DNA from: Calditrichia bacterium
Lineage (GTDB): Bacteria; Calditrichota; Calditrichia; RBG-13-44-9
Assembly: GCA_037381445.1 (NCBI GenBank)
Contig: JARRQT010000045.1
Span: 15,740 to 28,306, forward strand
Reading direction: 5' to 3'
Length of the DNA: 12,567 nt
Positions 1 through 8,087 of this stretch are shown here, one piece after another (the stretch's first letter is position 1; each line of letters begins with the position of its first letter). The notes under the pieces are model-generated. The model saw only the letters and a list, made by a program, of their open reading frames with translations, did no database searches and had not been told where the DNA came from. The position numbers and the translations under genes are program-made.

Positions 1-522
1 AAAATAAATAGGCGATTCATCATTAAGTTTCAAATGTTTTTTGATCTCCCGCTCCCTTAGTGTCCTCTGATTTTTATTGATCCGGTCCGCTTTGGTAGCC
101 ACCAGCTGAAAAGGTATTCTGTTAAATTTAATCCATTCCAGAAGTTGCATATCATTTTTTTGAAGCCCTACCACCGAATCCACCAGAACAAACAGCAAAT
201 TCAGATGCTCGCTTTTCAGGAGATAATTTTCGATAAAGACAGCCCATTTAGCCTTCTCGGATTCCGGGACTTTTGCATACCCGTATCCCGGAAGATCAAC
301 AAAGTAAAACAAACTGTTGATCAGGTAGTAGTTTATTGTTCTCGTCTTTCCCGGCTGCTTGCTGACCTTTGCAAAATTTTTGCGATTCACCAGGCAATTG
401 ATGAGGGAAGATTTCCCGACATTTGAGCGGCCGGCAAAAGCGAACTCAGGCAGTCCAGGCGACGGTTTTTGTTTTAAATCAATAATACTTTTCAGGAATT
501 TTGACTCGGTAATATTCAGCAT
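1..522 (-). CDS. engB: Ribosome biogenesis GTP-binding protein EngB/YihA/YsxC (3' end runs off the window)
   Basis: Translated by hand from ATG at 522: MLNITESKFLKS...PEFAFAGRSNVGKSSLIN (G1)...PGKTRTIN (G2)...FVDLPGYGYAKV (G3)...VATKAD (G4). The frame stays open to base 1. Not in the ORF track. Confidence 0.96.
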   Translation of the reverse strand, partial: MLNITESKFLKSIIDLKQKPSPGLPEFAFAGRSNVGKSSLINCLVNRKNFAKVSKQPGKTRTINYYLINSLFYFVDLPGYGYAKVPESEKAKWAVFIENYLLKSEHLNLLFVLVDSVVGLQKNDMQLLEWIKFNRIPFQLVATKADRINKNQRTLREREIKKHLKLNDESPIYF

Positions 523-571
523 ATTTTTTGTTTGTCTAAATTAGGTGAAAATTTATCATCATTGGCACAAA

Positions 572-600
572 TTAAAAGGGGAAGATCAAATCTTCCCCTT
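572..600 (-). terminator. Intrinsic terminator downstream of trxA
   Basis: Perfect 11-bp inverted repeat AAGGGGAAGAT-caa-ATCTTCCCCTT (576-600). On the minus strand the stem runs into CCCCTTTTAATTT, about 25 nt after the trxA stop. Confidence 0.8.
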
Positions 601-624
601 AATAAATCCAAAAGATATTTTAGT

Positions 625-948
625 CTATAAAATTTTCTGTAATTTATCTAAAAAATGGGTTTTGGGATATGCGCCGATCACCTGCTCAGCGACCTTGCCA
701 TCCTTGAAGAACAGCACTGTCGGAATACTGCGGATGCCAAACTTAATGGCCACATTTGGATTGTTATCCACATCCAGCTTGGCAATTTTTATCTTGCTGT
801 CATATTCATTCGCAAATTCTTCCATAATTGGAGCTATCATTTTGCAGGGACCGCACCAGACTGCCCAAAAATCCACAATGACCGGTTTATCCGATTGTAA
901 AACTTCCTGCTCAAAGGTAGCATCCGTTACCTCAATAGGTTTAGCCAT
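625..948 (-). CDS. trxA: Thioredoxin
   Basis: 107 aa with the DFWAVWCGPCK active site and the IRSIPT cis-Pro motif. SD GAGGAG 7 nt upstream of the ATG. Confidence 0.98.
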   Translation of the reverse strand: MAKPIEVTDATFEQEVLQSDKPVIVDFWAVWCGPCKMIAPIMEEFANEYDSKIKIAKLDVDNNPNVAIKFGIRSIPTVLFFKDGKVAEQVIGAYPKTHFLDKLQKIL

Positions 949-978
949 ATGTATCTCCTCTCGGTTTAATTAAAGCCA

Positions 979-1007
979 AAGTTAAAAACTTCCACTTGCT
1001 AAATCAA
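979..1007 (-). promoter_or_regulatory. Sigma70-type promoter of trxA
   Basis: Minus strand TTGATT (1007-1002), 17-nt spacer, TAACTT (984-979). Confidence 0.6.
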
Positions 1008-1049
1008 TTTTGAAAATATTTGTTCCGTGGTATGTCAAAAAACGAGAGA

Positions 1050-1502
1050 TCAATCCGATGAAGGATAACGCAGGATATCAATTTTGACCCGACATACCCC
1101 CTTGTTTATCAGCCCCAGGGCATCGGCTGCTCCTCTGGAAAGATCCAGAATCCGATTATCCACAAAAGGTCCCCGATCATTTATCCGAACGATTACGGTT
1201 TTATGATTGTCCAGATTGGTCACTTTGCAGATTGTTCCGAATGGCAGCGTTTTGTGGGCAGCGGTTAATGCGTACATGTCAAAGGTCTCACCGTTGGCTG
1301 TCTTCTTTCCATGAAAATCGCGTCCATAATAGGAAGCGGATCCATATATGACATCCAGAGCGCGGGCCTGGCTAAAATCTCTTTTTAGATCCTCGCGGGT
1401 TATATTTTCAGCAGCAAGCCGCCTTCTGACGTTATTGGAGTGGGAACATCCGATGAATAATATGGTAAGTATCAGAATTACAAAAGTAAATGAATTTTTC
1501 AT
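1050..1502 (-). CDS. rlpA: RlpA-family lytic transglycosylase lipoprotein (double-psi beta-barrel only, no SPOR domain)
   Basis: Lipoprotein signal ending ILFIG-C. Motifs GSASYYG, GKKTANGETFDMYALTAAHKTLPFGT and RINDRGPF..RILDLSRGAA. Confidence 0.93.
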   Translation of the reverse strand: MKNSFTFVILILTILFIGCSHSNNVRRRLAAENITREDLKRDFSQARALDVIYGSASYYGRDFHGKKTANGETFDMYALTAAHKTLPFGTICKVTNLDNHKTVIVRINDRGPFVDNRILDLSRGAADALGLINKGVCRVKIDILRYPSSD

Positions 1503-1566
1503 CTGATCTGCTCGCTGATATATGTTCTCAAATCCATTTGTTGAAATTCCAAATACAGAATAAATG

Positions 1567-3786
1567 CTATTTGTTACGATTTCGGCGCCAATCGCGGTAA
1601 CGCCTGGTTTTGGTAATAGCCGGTAACGAGCCGCTATCGTCTTCGGGAGAGGAAATGCCGCCCGTGACCTGTGAAGAATCGGCCCCTTGTACCGATTCCT
1701 GATTCAGGGCAAGCTGAGCGGCAGAAGTATCTGCAGAGCTCACCCCAGCCGAGGTGGATTCTGTTTCTTTAGGTGGCGGTGCGGTTTTGATGGAAGCCAA
1801 ACGGGAAAATTGGGGCTGGGGAAATTTGTCTTTAAGATAGCGATATTCCATAACTGCCTTTTCTCTATTCTTAAGATCATGCTCATAAATCCAGGCACGG
1901 TTTAGCTGCGCTTTTGCGGACCAGATCAGATTTGTATCCAGAGAAGCTACTTTTTCGTAAAGGGACAAAGCGCTGTCAACTTTATTTTCGTAATAGAGTT
2001 CTTCTGCCTGCAGGAACATCTTATGACCCAATTCCTCAAGGGAGTCTTTGCTGGTGCTGTCGGACAAATTTAATTTTCCTTCCCGAGTGAGAATTTCCGT
2101 TGAGAAGGAAGAGCCGGGATACTGGGACATCAGAATGTTCTCAAGGGAGTCAACCTTGGAGGAATCCAGATATTCAGGCTTTGAATAAATAAAATACATG
2201 GAATAGAGGGCTTTGGGCGTTAAAACACTATCCTGATATTCATCGAGGAATTTGTGATAGTAATACAAAGACGAATCATAATCCTGCATTTGCAGCAGGT
2301 AATACTCTGCCAGATGGTAGCGATTATTTTTCAGATCTTCTTTTATCTGAGGTAACTTTCTTTTCTCGAGCTCCTTTGGTTTTTCGGTTTCTTTTTCATT
2401 CTTCTCATCCGGCTTCTTTTGATCATTAATTCTTTTAACTTCCGGTTCATTAAATAAATTTCTGCGATCGGACAGACCTGTTTCGATATCATCCTTTTCT
2501 TTATCCTGTTCCAGTGTGGAATCTTTGGCGGTACTGCTCTCCTGGGTCGTATCCTGAAGTTCGGGATTGATCCCGCTCAACACTCTTTTTAGACTGTCCA
2601 GTGTTTTCTGTTGGCTTGAATCGGGAGTGCCTCTCATTTTTTTCAATTCCAGTTGAATGGAATCTTCGAGCTGCGCATTGTAAAGAGAGTCTCTGAAATA
2701 ACGATCATTTTCAAGCCGGAATACCAGTCGGCCATCATTTTTTATGGAGTCTTTTATCTTTTTCAAACCAGAAAGGTATATGTTCTTCTGTTCGGCCGTC
2801 TGGATGCTGTCCGATTTGGGATAAAGCTTTTTTACCATACCATAGTAATAAACCGCCGAATCCAAATTCTGCAGGCGGTTTTCATAGATCTTTGCCAGAT
2901 TCAGGCTGGCTTGTGCGGTTCCCTCGCTGGAGGCTTTCTCTCGGACAACTTCTTTAAAGAGATCCAGCGCATCGTCCATTTTATTCTGCTGATAATAGAT
3001 ATCGGCGATTTCGGTCTTTATGAATGGGACAAAGCTTTTGAAACGCACCGCTGTCAGCATTTTGCGCAAGATTTCCAGGGCATTGTCATATTTGTTAATC
3101 TTGTTGTAGCTTCGTGCCAAATTGAATTTGGTTTTATACTCGATATCAATGGTTGGTGAAAATTTCTCCACTTTCCTGTAGCGATTGATTGCCTCCTTAT
3201 ACTCACCCTGGGCAAAATATGATTCCCCTAAATAAAATTGAATAAAAGCGGAATATTCCTTGTCAGATTTTTCTTTGAGTGCTTTTTCAAAAAATTCAGC
3301 AGCTTCGGGATAATTTTCATTCTCGAAAGAAAGATATCCCAGCTCGTAGTAAGCTTCAGCCCGTATCTGGCTTTTTTTAGCCGTATTCACGCTTTTGAAA
3401 AGATAATCCTTGCCCTCATCGACTTTCGCTTCTTCCAGTAAAATCTTGCCAAGCCACAAATTTGCTTCCGGCGTCAAATCGCTTTTGGGATATTTGGACA
3501 AAAACTGCTCAGCATGAAGACGTGCTTGTGCAAATTTCTGCAGATTATATTCACTTTTGACAATATAAAGAAGAGCATCATCGGCATATTTGCTCTTGTC
3601 GCTGTATATCTCAATTAATTTCCAGGATTTTTCGATGGTCTGCTCAAAATAGCGATTGGCCTGCGGATGTGTATCCTTATCCGGTTCTTTTTGTATTATT
3701 TCGATACCGCTCTGGTATGTTTTCTTGGCATTAAAGAGTGTGTTGTAATAGGCACATCCCCAGATGGCTAATACCAGTTTGGGCAA
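1567..3786 (-). other. Large TPR lipoprotein moiety, probably SprE/PorW-like or BamD-repeat-like envelope protein
   Basis: Lipobox-like AIWG-C (Cys codon 3754-3756), then YYNTLFNAKK and SKYADDALLYIVKS, repeated TPR helices (AEAYYELGYLSF..YPEAAEFFEKAL; YP.S motifs), a charged linker and a Ser/Thr-rich tail. The family assignment is from recollection of motifs, not a search. Confidence 0.65.
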
Positions 3787-4485
3787 TATCTTATCTGATG
3801 ATGTTTCAATATGCTCATCCACGCTGTGAGTAAGGGGCGTTTTTTCCGGATTTATTTCCACAACATAAGCACCGTTACCTTTGGCCATATAGGGCAGTGA
3901 GGCAGCCGGTTCAACCAGGGAAGAAGTACCAATAGAGAAGAACACCTCACTACGCATTGCCAGGTCCTGCGCCTCTTGTAATGCCCGCTCGGGCAACAGT
4001 TCTCCAAACCACACCACATCCGGGCGCAGATTTCCGCCGCAATCCGGGCAGGCGGGCACCCCATCCTTTACATCAATTTCACCCTTAAATATCTTTCCGC
4101 ATTGCGAGCACTTGTTTCGCAAAATATTGCCGTGAAGTTCAATAACGTTTTTACTTCCTGCCACCCGGTGCAGGTTATCCACATTTTGAGTGATGATGCC
4201 AAAGTCAGAAAAGAGGCTTTCCATAACAACCAACGCTTTATGGGATAGATTGGGTTTTACATCATGCATCAATTGGCGGCGCCAGTTGTACCATTCCCAA
4301 ACCAGCTCAGGATTTCGAAGAAACGCATCAAAATTTGCCAGTTCCTCGGGACGGAACTTGTTCCATAATCCGTCTTCTCCGCGAAAGACCGGGACCCCGC
4401 TCGATGCCGAAATTCCTGCACCCGTCAGAACACCTACCGTATAGGCGTTTTTCAATCTATTTAATAAACGTCCGCTAAATTCCAT
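1567..4485 (-). CDS. cobB: 972-aa ORF: N-terminal NAD-dependent protein deacylase (class III sirtuin, aa ~1-241) fused in frame to a TPR lipoprotein (from Cys244)
   Basis: One uninterrupted frame with SD AGGAAAGGA before the ATG at 4485. Sirtuin motifs GAGISAxSG..FRG, TQNVDNLH, HGN, CxxC..CxxC, RPDVVWFGE, GTS and EINP are followed directly by LVLAIWG-C-AYYNTLFNAKK and many TPR helices. It may represent two ancestral genes. Confidence 0.8.
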   Translation of the reverse strand: MEFSGRLLNRLKNAYTVGVLTGAGISASSGVPVFRGEDGLWNKFRPEELANFDAFLRNPELVWEWYNWRRQLMHDVKPNLSHKALVVMESLFSDFGIITQNVDNLHRVAGSKNVIELHGNILRNKCSQCGKIFKGEIDVKDGVPACPDCGGNLRPDVVWFGELLPERALQEAQDLAMRSEVFFSIGTSSLVEPAASLPYMAKGNGAYVVEINPEKTPLTHSVDEHIETSSDKILPKLVLAIWGCAYYNTLFNAKKTYQSGIEIIQKEPDKDTHPQANRYFEQTIEKSWKLIEIYSDKSKYADDALLYIVKSEYNLQKFAQARLHAEQFLSKYPKSDLTPEANLWLGKILLEEAKVDEGKDYLFKSVNTAKKSQIRAEAYYELGYLSFENENYPEAAEFFEKALKEKSDKEYSAFIQFYLGESYFAQGEYKEAINRYRKVEKFSPTIDIEYKTKFNLARSYNKINKYDNALEILRKMLTAVRFKSFVPFIKTEIADIYYQQNKMDDALDLFKEVVREKASSEGTAQASLNLAKIYENRLQNLDSAVYYYGMVKKLYPKSDSIQTAEQKNIYLSGLKKIKDSIKNDGRLVFRLENDRYFRDSLYNAQLEDSIQLELKKMRGTPDSSQQKTLDSLKRVLSGINPELQDTTQESSTAKDSTLEQDKEKDDIETGLSDRRNLFNEPEVKRINDQKKPDEKNEKETEKPKELEKRKLPQIKEDLKNNRYHLAEYYLLQMQDYDSSLYYYHKFLDEYQDSVLTPKALYSMYFIYSKPEYLDSSKVDSLENILMSQYPGSSFSTEILTREGKLNLSDSTSKDSLEELGHKMFLQAEELYYENKVDSALSLYEKVASLDTNLIWSAKAQLNRAWIYEHDLKNREKAVMEYRYLKDKFPQPQFSRLASIKTAPPPKETESTSAGVSSADTSAAQLALNQESVQGADSSQVTGGISSPEDDSGSLPAITKTRRYRDWRRNRNK
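3763..4485 (-). other. cobB: Sirtuin (CobB/SIRT5-like, class III) domain
   Basis: Complete set of Rossmann-fold and Zn-ribbon motifs (CSQC...CPDC). YxxR motif in WEWYNWRR is typical of desuccinylases. Ends in the usual terminal helix (..DKILPKLV). Confidence 0.95.
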
Positions 4486-4511
4486 TTTGTATAATCCTTT
4501 CCTGCCATTGC

Positions 4512-4540
4512 AAAATAATAATGACCAATATGAGTGTCAA
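4512..4540 (-). promoter_or_regulatory. Sigma70-type promoter of the cobB-TPR(-rlpA) unit
   Basis: Minus strand TTGACA (4540-4535, perfect), 17-nt spacer, TATTTT (4517-4512). Confidence 0.65.
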
Positions 4541-4551
4541 GTCGCTAATTT

Positions 4552-4580
4552 ATTACCATTTATTTTGGCAAAATGGTAAT
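4552..4580. repeat. 10-bp perfect inverted repeat (operator or weak recR terminator)
   Basis: ATTACCATTT-N9-AAATGGTAAT, between the recR stop and the cobB -35 box. Confidence 0.55.
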
Positions 4581-4627
4581 TCTTGCATGTGGATCAGACT
4601 TATATTTTATGATATTTTCTATAAGGA

Positions 4628-5227
4628 TCAGATTTCACTTCTGGTTTTTAATGCTTTTCCCAGGGTTAATTCATCGACAAATTCCAGTGTGCTGCCCAGC
4701 GGAATGCCTCTCGCCAGGCGCGTAATTTTGACATTTAAAGGCTTGATGAGGCGCGAAAGATATATACTGGTGGCTTCGCCTTCGGTGCTGGGGTTAAGCG
4801 CCAGAATAACCTCCTCCGCCTCATTTAACCGGTTTAACAATTCCTTGATATGCAGATCCTCCGGCCCAATTCCATCGAGCGGAGAAATCACTCCCCCAAG
4901 GACGTGATAAACCCCTCTATATTCGTTGGTTTTTTCAATCATCATGATGCCGGCCGCATCTTCCACAACACAAATCTGTTTTTGATTGCGGTTGGGATCC
5001 CTGCAGATGTGGCATTGTTCATCTTCGCTGAGGTTGAAGCAAATTGAACAGAAGCGGATTTTTTCCTTGACATCAATTATTGCTCTTGCCAGGGTTTCCG
5101 CTTCGGTTTTTGATATTTCCAAAACATGCAGGGCGAGACGAGTAGCTGTTTTGCGCCCGATTCCGGGAAGCCGCCCGAATTCTTCAATTAAATCCTGCAA
5201 AACAGGAGGGAAAGATTGCAGCGCCAT
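4628..5227 (-). CDS. recR: Recombination mediator RecR
   Basis: HhH motif LPGIGRKTATRLA, C4 zinc finger CSICFN..CHIC, Toprim motifs (YHVLGGVISPLDGIGP; NPSTEGEAT; RLARGIPLG). Confidence 0.98.
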   Translation of the reverse strand: MALQSFPPVLQDLIEEFGRLPGIGRKTATRLALHVLEISKTEAETLARAIIDVKEKIRFCSICFNLSEDEQCHICRDPNRNQKQICVVEDAAGIMMIEKTNEYRGVYHVLGGVISPLDGIGPEDLHIKELLNRLNEAEEVILALNPSTEGEATSIYLSRLIKPLNVKITRLARGIPLGSTLEFVDELTLGKALKTRSEI

Positions 5228-5230
5228 ATA

Positions 5231-5566
5231 TTATAAACCAGGAAATTTAAACCCGCCAGGCATATTGCCCATGATGCCGCCCGTTACCTTGCTCATTTCT
5301 TCCTGGGCGCGTTTCTGGGCGTTTTCCAAAGCTTGATTCACTGCCCCGACAACCAGATCCTCCAACATATCTTTATCTTCCGGATCGATGACCTCTTGCT
5401 CTATCTTGACTTCCAGTATCTGATTCTGGCAATTTGCCGTAACCTTTACCATTCCGCCGCCGGCACTTCCTTCCACGGTTATATTGGCCAGTTCTTCCTG
5501 AACTCGCGCCATTTCTTCCTGCATTTTTTGGGCCTGTTTCAGAATTTGATTCATTCCACCTTTCAT
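5231..5566 (-). CDS. ybaB: YbaB/EbfC nucleoid-associated protein
   Basis: KQAQKMQ...VEGSAGGGMVKV...DMLEDLVVGAVNQAL. Conserved position between dnaX and recR. SD GAGGAG upstream. Confidence 0.97.
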   Translation of the reverse strand: MKGGMNQILKQAQKMQEEMARVQEELANITVEGSAGGGMVKVTANCQNQILEVKIEQEVIDPEDKDMLEDLVVGAVNQALENAQKRAQEEMSKVTGGIMGNMPGGFKFPGL

Positions 5567-5616
5567 TAAGTAGTTCTCCTCGTTAAAAATAATCTCATAT
5601 ATTCAATATTTTAAAT

Positions 5617-7428
5617 CTATGAATGCATTTTCATCGTGCTTAAATCATTTAAGTCAAAAGCTTCAATGATTTTTTTAATGACCGGTTCCTTGTTTTTTAT
5701 ATCCTCCAGAATCTCCTCCGGAGTTCGCGGCTGCTGTTCTATCCCCTGCTCCTTGAAATCTATGGTTGTAAAGTTCAGTCTCAGGGATAGCTGGAATTCA
5801 TTTCTGATAATTTCTTCAATTACCGCATGGTTTTTTTCAACGTGCTCCTTGTGAAAGGAGGCGGAATTATCATAGGCAATTATCACTTTACTGCCCTGGA
5901 CCTTGACCGGAATACCTTCCTGCAGGAATGATCCCAGCGCTATTTTTCGAGCACGAACTTTTTCCACGATCGCAGGCCATTTCTGTTTGATATCGGAAAT
6001 ATCAATATCGTTCTCTGCTTTCTTTTCCTCAATCTCTTCGGTTTTTCTCTCATTCTTCAAACTCTCAAATCGGGACAAAGTTTTTGCCAGAGGACCAAAC
6101 TCCTTGGAAACTGATTCCGGCTGCATGTGTGAGCTGGTCAGACGTTCTTCCTGCGTGCTACTCTGTTTATTTGCATTATCTACCGAGGATTTACCCGAAT
6201 ATTTTGAGGCTTTTTCGGAGGCATAGTCTGCCCCACCGGATGAGGAACCGCCGCTGCTATTTGGTCTGCTTCCGGTTGAAAGAAGTGGTGGATTTTGTTT
6301 TAATTTCTCAATAAATGCCAGAATTTCTTCTACTGCTTCGCTTGACGGCTTAAAGGCTAATTTAAGCAATAACATTTCCAGCGAAAATTGGGGAAAATTG
6401 CTGAATTTGATGTCCTGTTCAGCATCACTCAGCAAGCTGAGAAAATGAATGAGATCTCTTTCCGAATAAAGATCTGCATCTTTCTCATAGCGTTCGCGGT
6501 AAAAATCTGCAACGTCCAGAAGGTTGCTGTCCCCTATCGAACTGACAATCAGGAAATTCCGGAAATGTTCCTGTAGACCGTGCAGGAAATCAATCAGATC
6601 GTGACCGGTTGCAATAACCTTGTTTGCATAAAGCAAAATCTTCGCTGTATCTTTTGTTTTCAGTAAATCGGTGAATTCAAAATAGACTTCCTGATCGATA
6701 AGCCCCAGAGATTCGCGAACCTGTTCAATAGCCAGCTTTCCGTCGCTGAATGAAATCATCTGGTCCAGAATGCTTTCGGCATCCCGCATGCTGCCGTCTG
6801 CCTTGCGTGATATGAGGAGCAGAGCTTCATCATCAATATCGATATTTTCTGATTTGACGATTTCATGGAGCTGATTCTTTATGTCGCCGATGGGAATTCG
6901 TTTAAAATCAAACCGCTGGCAGCGGGATAAAATCGTGAGCGGTACACGGTGGATCTCGGTAGTGGCAAAAATAAAAATAGCATGCGAAGGCGGCTCTTCC
7001 AGCGTCTTCAGCAGCGCATTGAACGCTTCTTTGGTGAGCATGTGAACTTCATCGATGATGTAGATTTTATAGCGGGAGGAAGCCGGCGCAAAACGGATAT
7101 TCTCCCGAAGATTCCTTATTTCATCGATACCGCGGTTGCTGGCGCCGTCGATCTCGATCACGTCCATGCTATGACCTTCGGTGATACTTTTGCAGCTTGC
7201 GCATTCGTTGCAGGGATTCACCGCGGGTTGTTTCTCGCAATTCACGGCTTTCGCCAATAACCTGGCAGTGGTGGTTTTCCCGACCCCTCTGGGACCGGCG
7301 AATATATAGGCATGAGCAATTCGCTGGTTTTTCAGGGCATTCATCAGGGTGCGGGTAATATGCTCCTGCCCCACCACATCCTCGAATACCATCGGCCTCC
7401 ATTTACGAGCTAAAACGACGTAAGCCAT
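5617..7428 (-). CDS. dnaX: DNA polymerase III subunit gamma/tau
   Basis: LARKWRP..F..VVGQEH, Walker A GPRGVGKTT, Zn module, EIDGASN, DEVHML, LLKTLEEPP, SRCQRF. Low-complexity linker and a C-terminal tau-type domain. Confidence 0.98.
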   Translation of the reverse strand: MAYVVLARKWRPMVFEDVVGQEHITRTLMNALKNQRIAHAYIFAGPRGVGKTTTARLLAKAVNCEKQPAVNPCNECASCKSITEGHSMDVIEIDGASNRGIDEIRNLRENIRFAPASSRYKIYIIDEVHMLTKEAFNALLKTLEEPPSHAIFIFATTEIHRVPLTILSRCQRFDFKRIPIGDIKNQLHEIVKSENIDIDDEALLLISRKADGSMRDAESILDQMISFSDGKLAIEQVRESLGLIDQEVYFEFTDLLKTKDTAKILLYANKVIATGHDLIDFLHGLQEHFRNFLIVSSIGDSNLLDVADFYRERYEKDADLYSERDLIHFLSLLSDAEQDIKFSNFPQFSLEMLLLKLAFKPSSEAVEEILAFIEKLKQNPPLLSTGSRPNSSGGSSSGGADYASEKASKYSGKSSVDNANKQSSTQEERLTSSHMQPESVSKEFGPLAKTLSRFESLKNERKTEEIEEKKAENDIDISDIKQKWPAIVEKVRARKIALGSFLQEGIPVKVQGSKVIIAYDNSASFHKEHVEKNHAVIEEIIRNEFQLSLRLNFTTIDFKEQGIEQQPRTPEEILEDIKNKEPVIKKIIEAFDLNDLSTMKMHS

Positions 7429-7461
7429 TCAATTTGCCTCACAAAATAATATGTAAAATAA

Positions 7462-7558
7462 AGCCAGGTAACCCCACGGCACATAGTCCAAATGCCTACC
7501 GTTGCTTCCTTCCGGACCTGGCGGGGTTCGGCACAGTCCTATTGCGTGGGACCTGGCT
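7462..7558 (-). ncRNA. ffs: Small bacterial SRP RNA (4.5S)
   Basis: Minus strand AGCCAGGT...GCCAGGTCCGGAAGGAAGCAACGGT...ACCTGGCT: conserved domain IV with a GGAA tetraloop and paired termini. Typical position upstream of dnaX. Confidence 0.95.
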
Positions 7559-7577
7559 ATATCGTAACACCATTTTG

Positions 7578-7650
<73 letters not shown>

Positions 7651-7668
7651 AACTCTTAAGATGCTGAA

Positions 7669-7697
7669 AATTTAGGGAATACTGTTTTGAAAGTCAA
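7669..7697 (-). promoter_or_regulatory. Sigma70 promoter for tRNA-Ala/ffs(/dnaX)
   Basis: Minus strand TTGACT (7697-7692), 17-nt spacer, TAAATT (7674-7669), 18 nt upstream of the tRNA. Confidence 0.75.
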
Positions 7698-7797
7698 TGT
7701 GAATTTTTATCCGCCCCGGGATATTATCCATCCTCAAAAATGGCCTTTCTTGCCAACATTTGGCCATTGAAAATCATTTTTGCAATCCTGAAATTAA

Positions 7798-7813
7798 TGG
7801 CACATTATCTGCC
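7798..7813 (+). promoter_or_regulatory. Candidate sigma54 (-24/-12) promoter
   Basis: TGGCAC-ATTAT-CTGC with exact GG-N10-GC spacing; one mismatch to TGGCAC-N5-TTGC. Confidence 0.4.
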
Positions 7814-8006
7814 CTTGCTTATAACTGGTGACAAGCTAACGAAACAGGGGAAGATAGAAAGATGTAAATAAAAAATGAACTTTTAAAATTCTTCTTTAAA
7901 ATGATCCGTAAAAACGATACATTTAGGGAGTTAAAATGAATAGGGATGTTAATTAACTCTCATGCAATTATTTTAAAGCATATGATCTTTTTGGGACAAC
8001 GCTGTA

Positions 8007-8035
8007 TTGATTTTTCGAGTATTTTGTTATATCTT
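8007..8035 (+). promoter_or_regulatory. Candidate sigma70 promoter of the GAF-GGDEF gene
   Basis: TTGATT (8007-8012), 17-nt spacer, TATCTT (8030-8035). Confidence 0.45.
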
Positions 8036-8087
8036 AAGACTTATTAAATTCTTGCGGCCATGACACGAGCGTTTTTTTCCGAGAAAA

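Noticed and set aside
1499..1537. 12-codon ORF MDLRTYISEQIR* overlapping the rlpA start (ATGA)
   Set aside because: No convincing SD and a length expected by chance; not supportable without conservation data.
1567..4485. SIR2-TPR anti-phage NADase (Dsr1/Dsr2- or Thoeris-like)
   Set aside because: The sirtuin is a canonical Zn-ribbon, YxxR-bearing class III deacylase, not a defence SIR2-type NADase. The TPR half has a lipobox and glycosylation sequons, and the context is core housekeeping genes.
145..7260. Plus-strand ORFs in the track (145-426, 545-973, 2653-3159, 4521-4907, 4986-5336, 5903-6226, 6949-7260 and others)
   Set aside because: Antisense shadows of well-supported minus-strand genes, with no recognisable motifs.
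5617..7428. Programmed -1 frameshift in dnaX producing gamma
   Set aside because: No A-AAA-AAG or long A run was seen after domain III. The in-phase A-AAA-AAC near 5830-5836 lies at about codon 531, too late, and has no evident stimulator.
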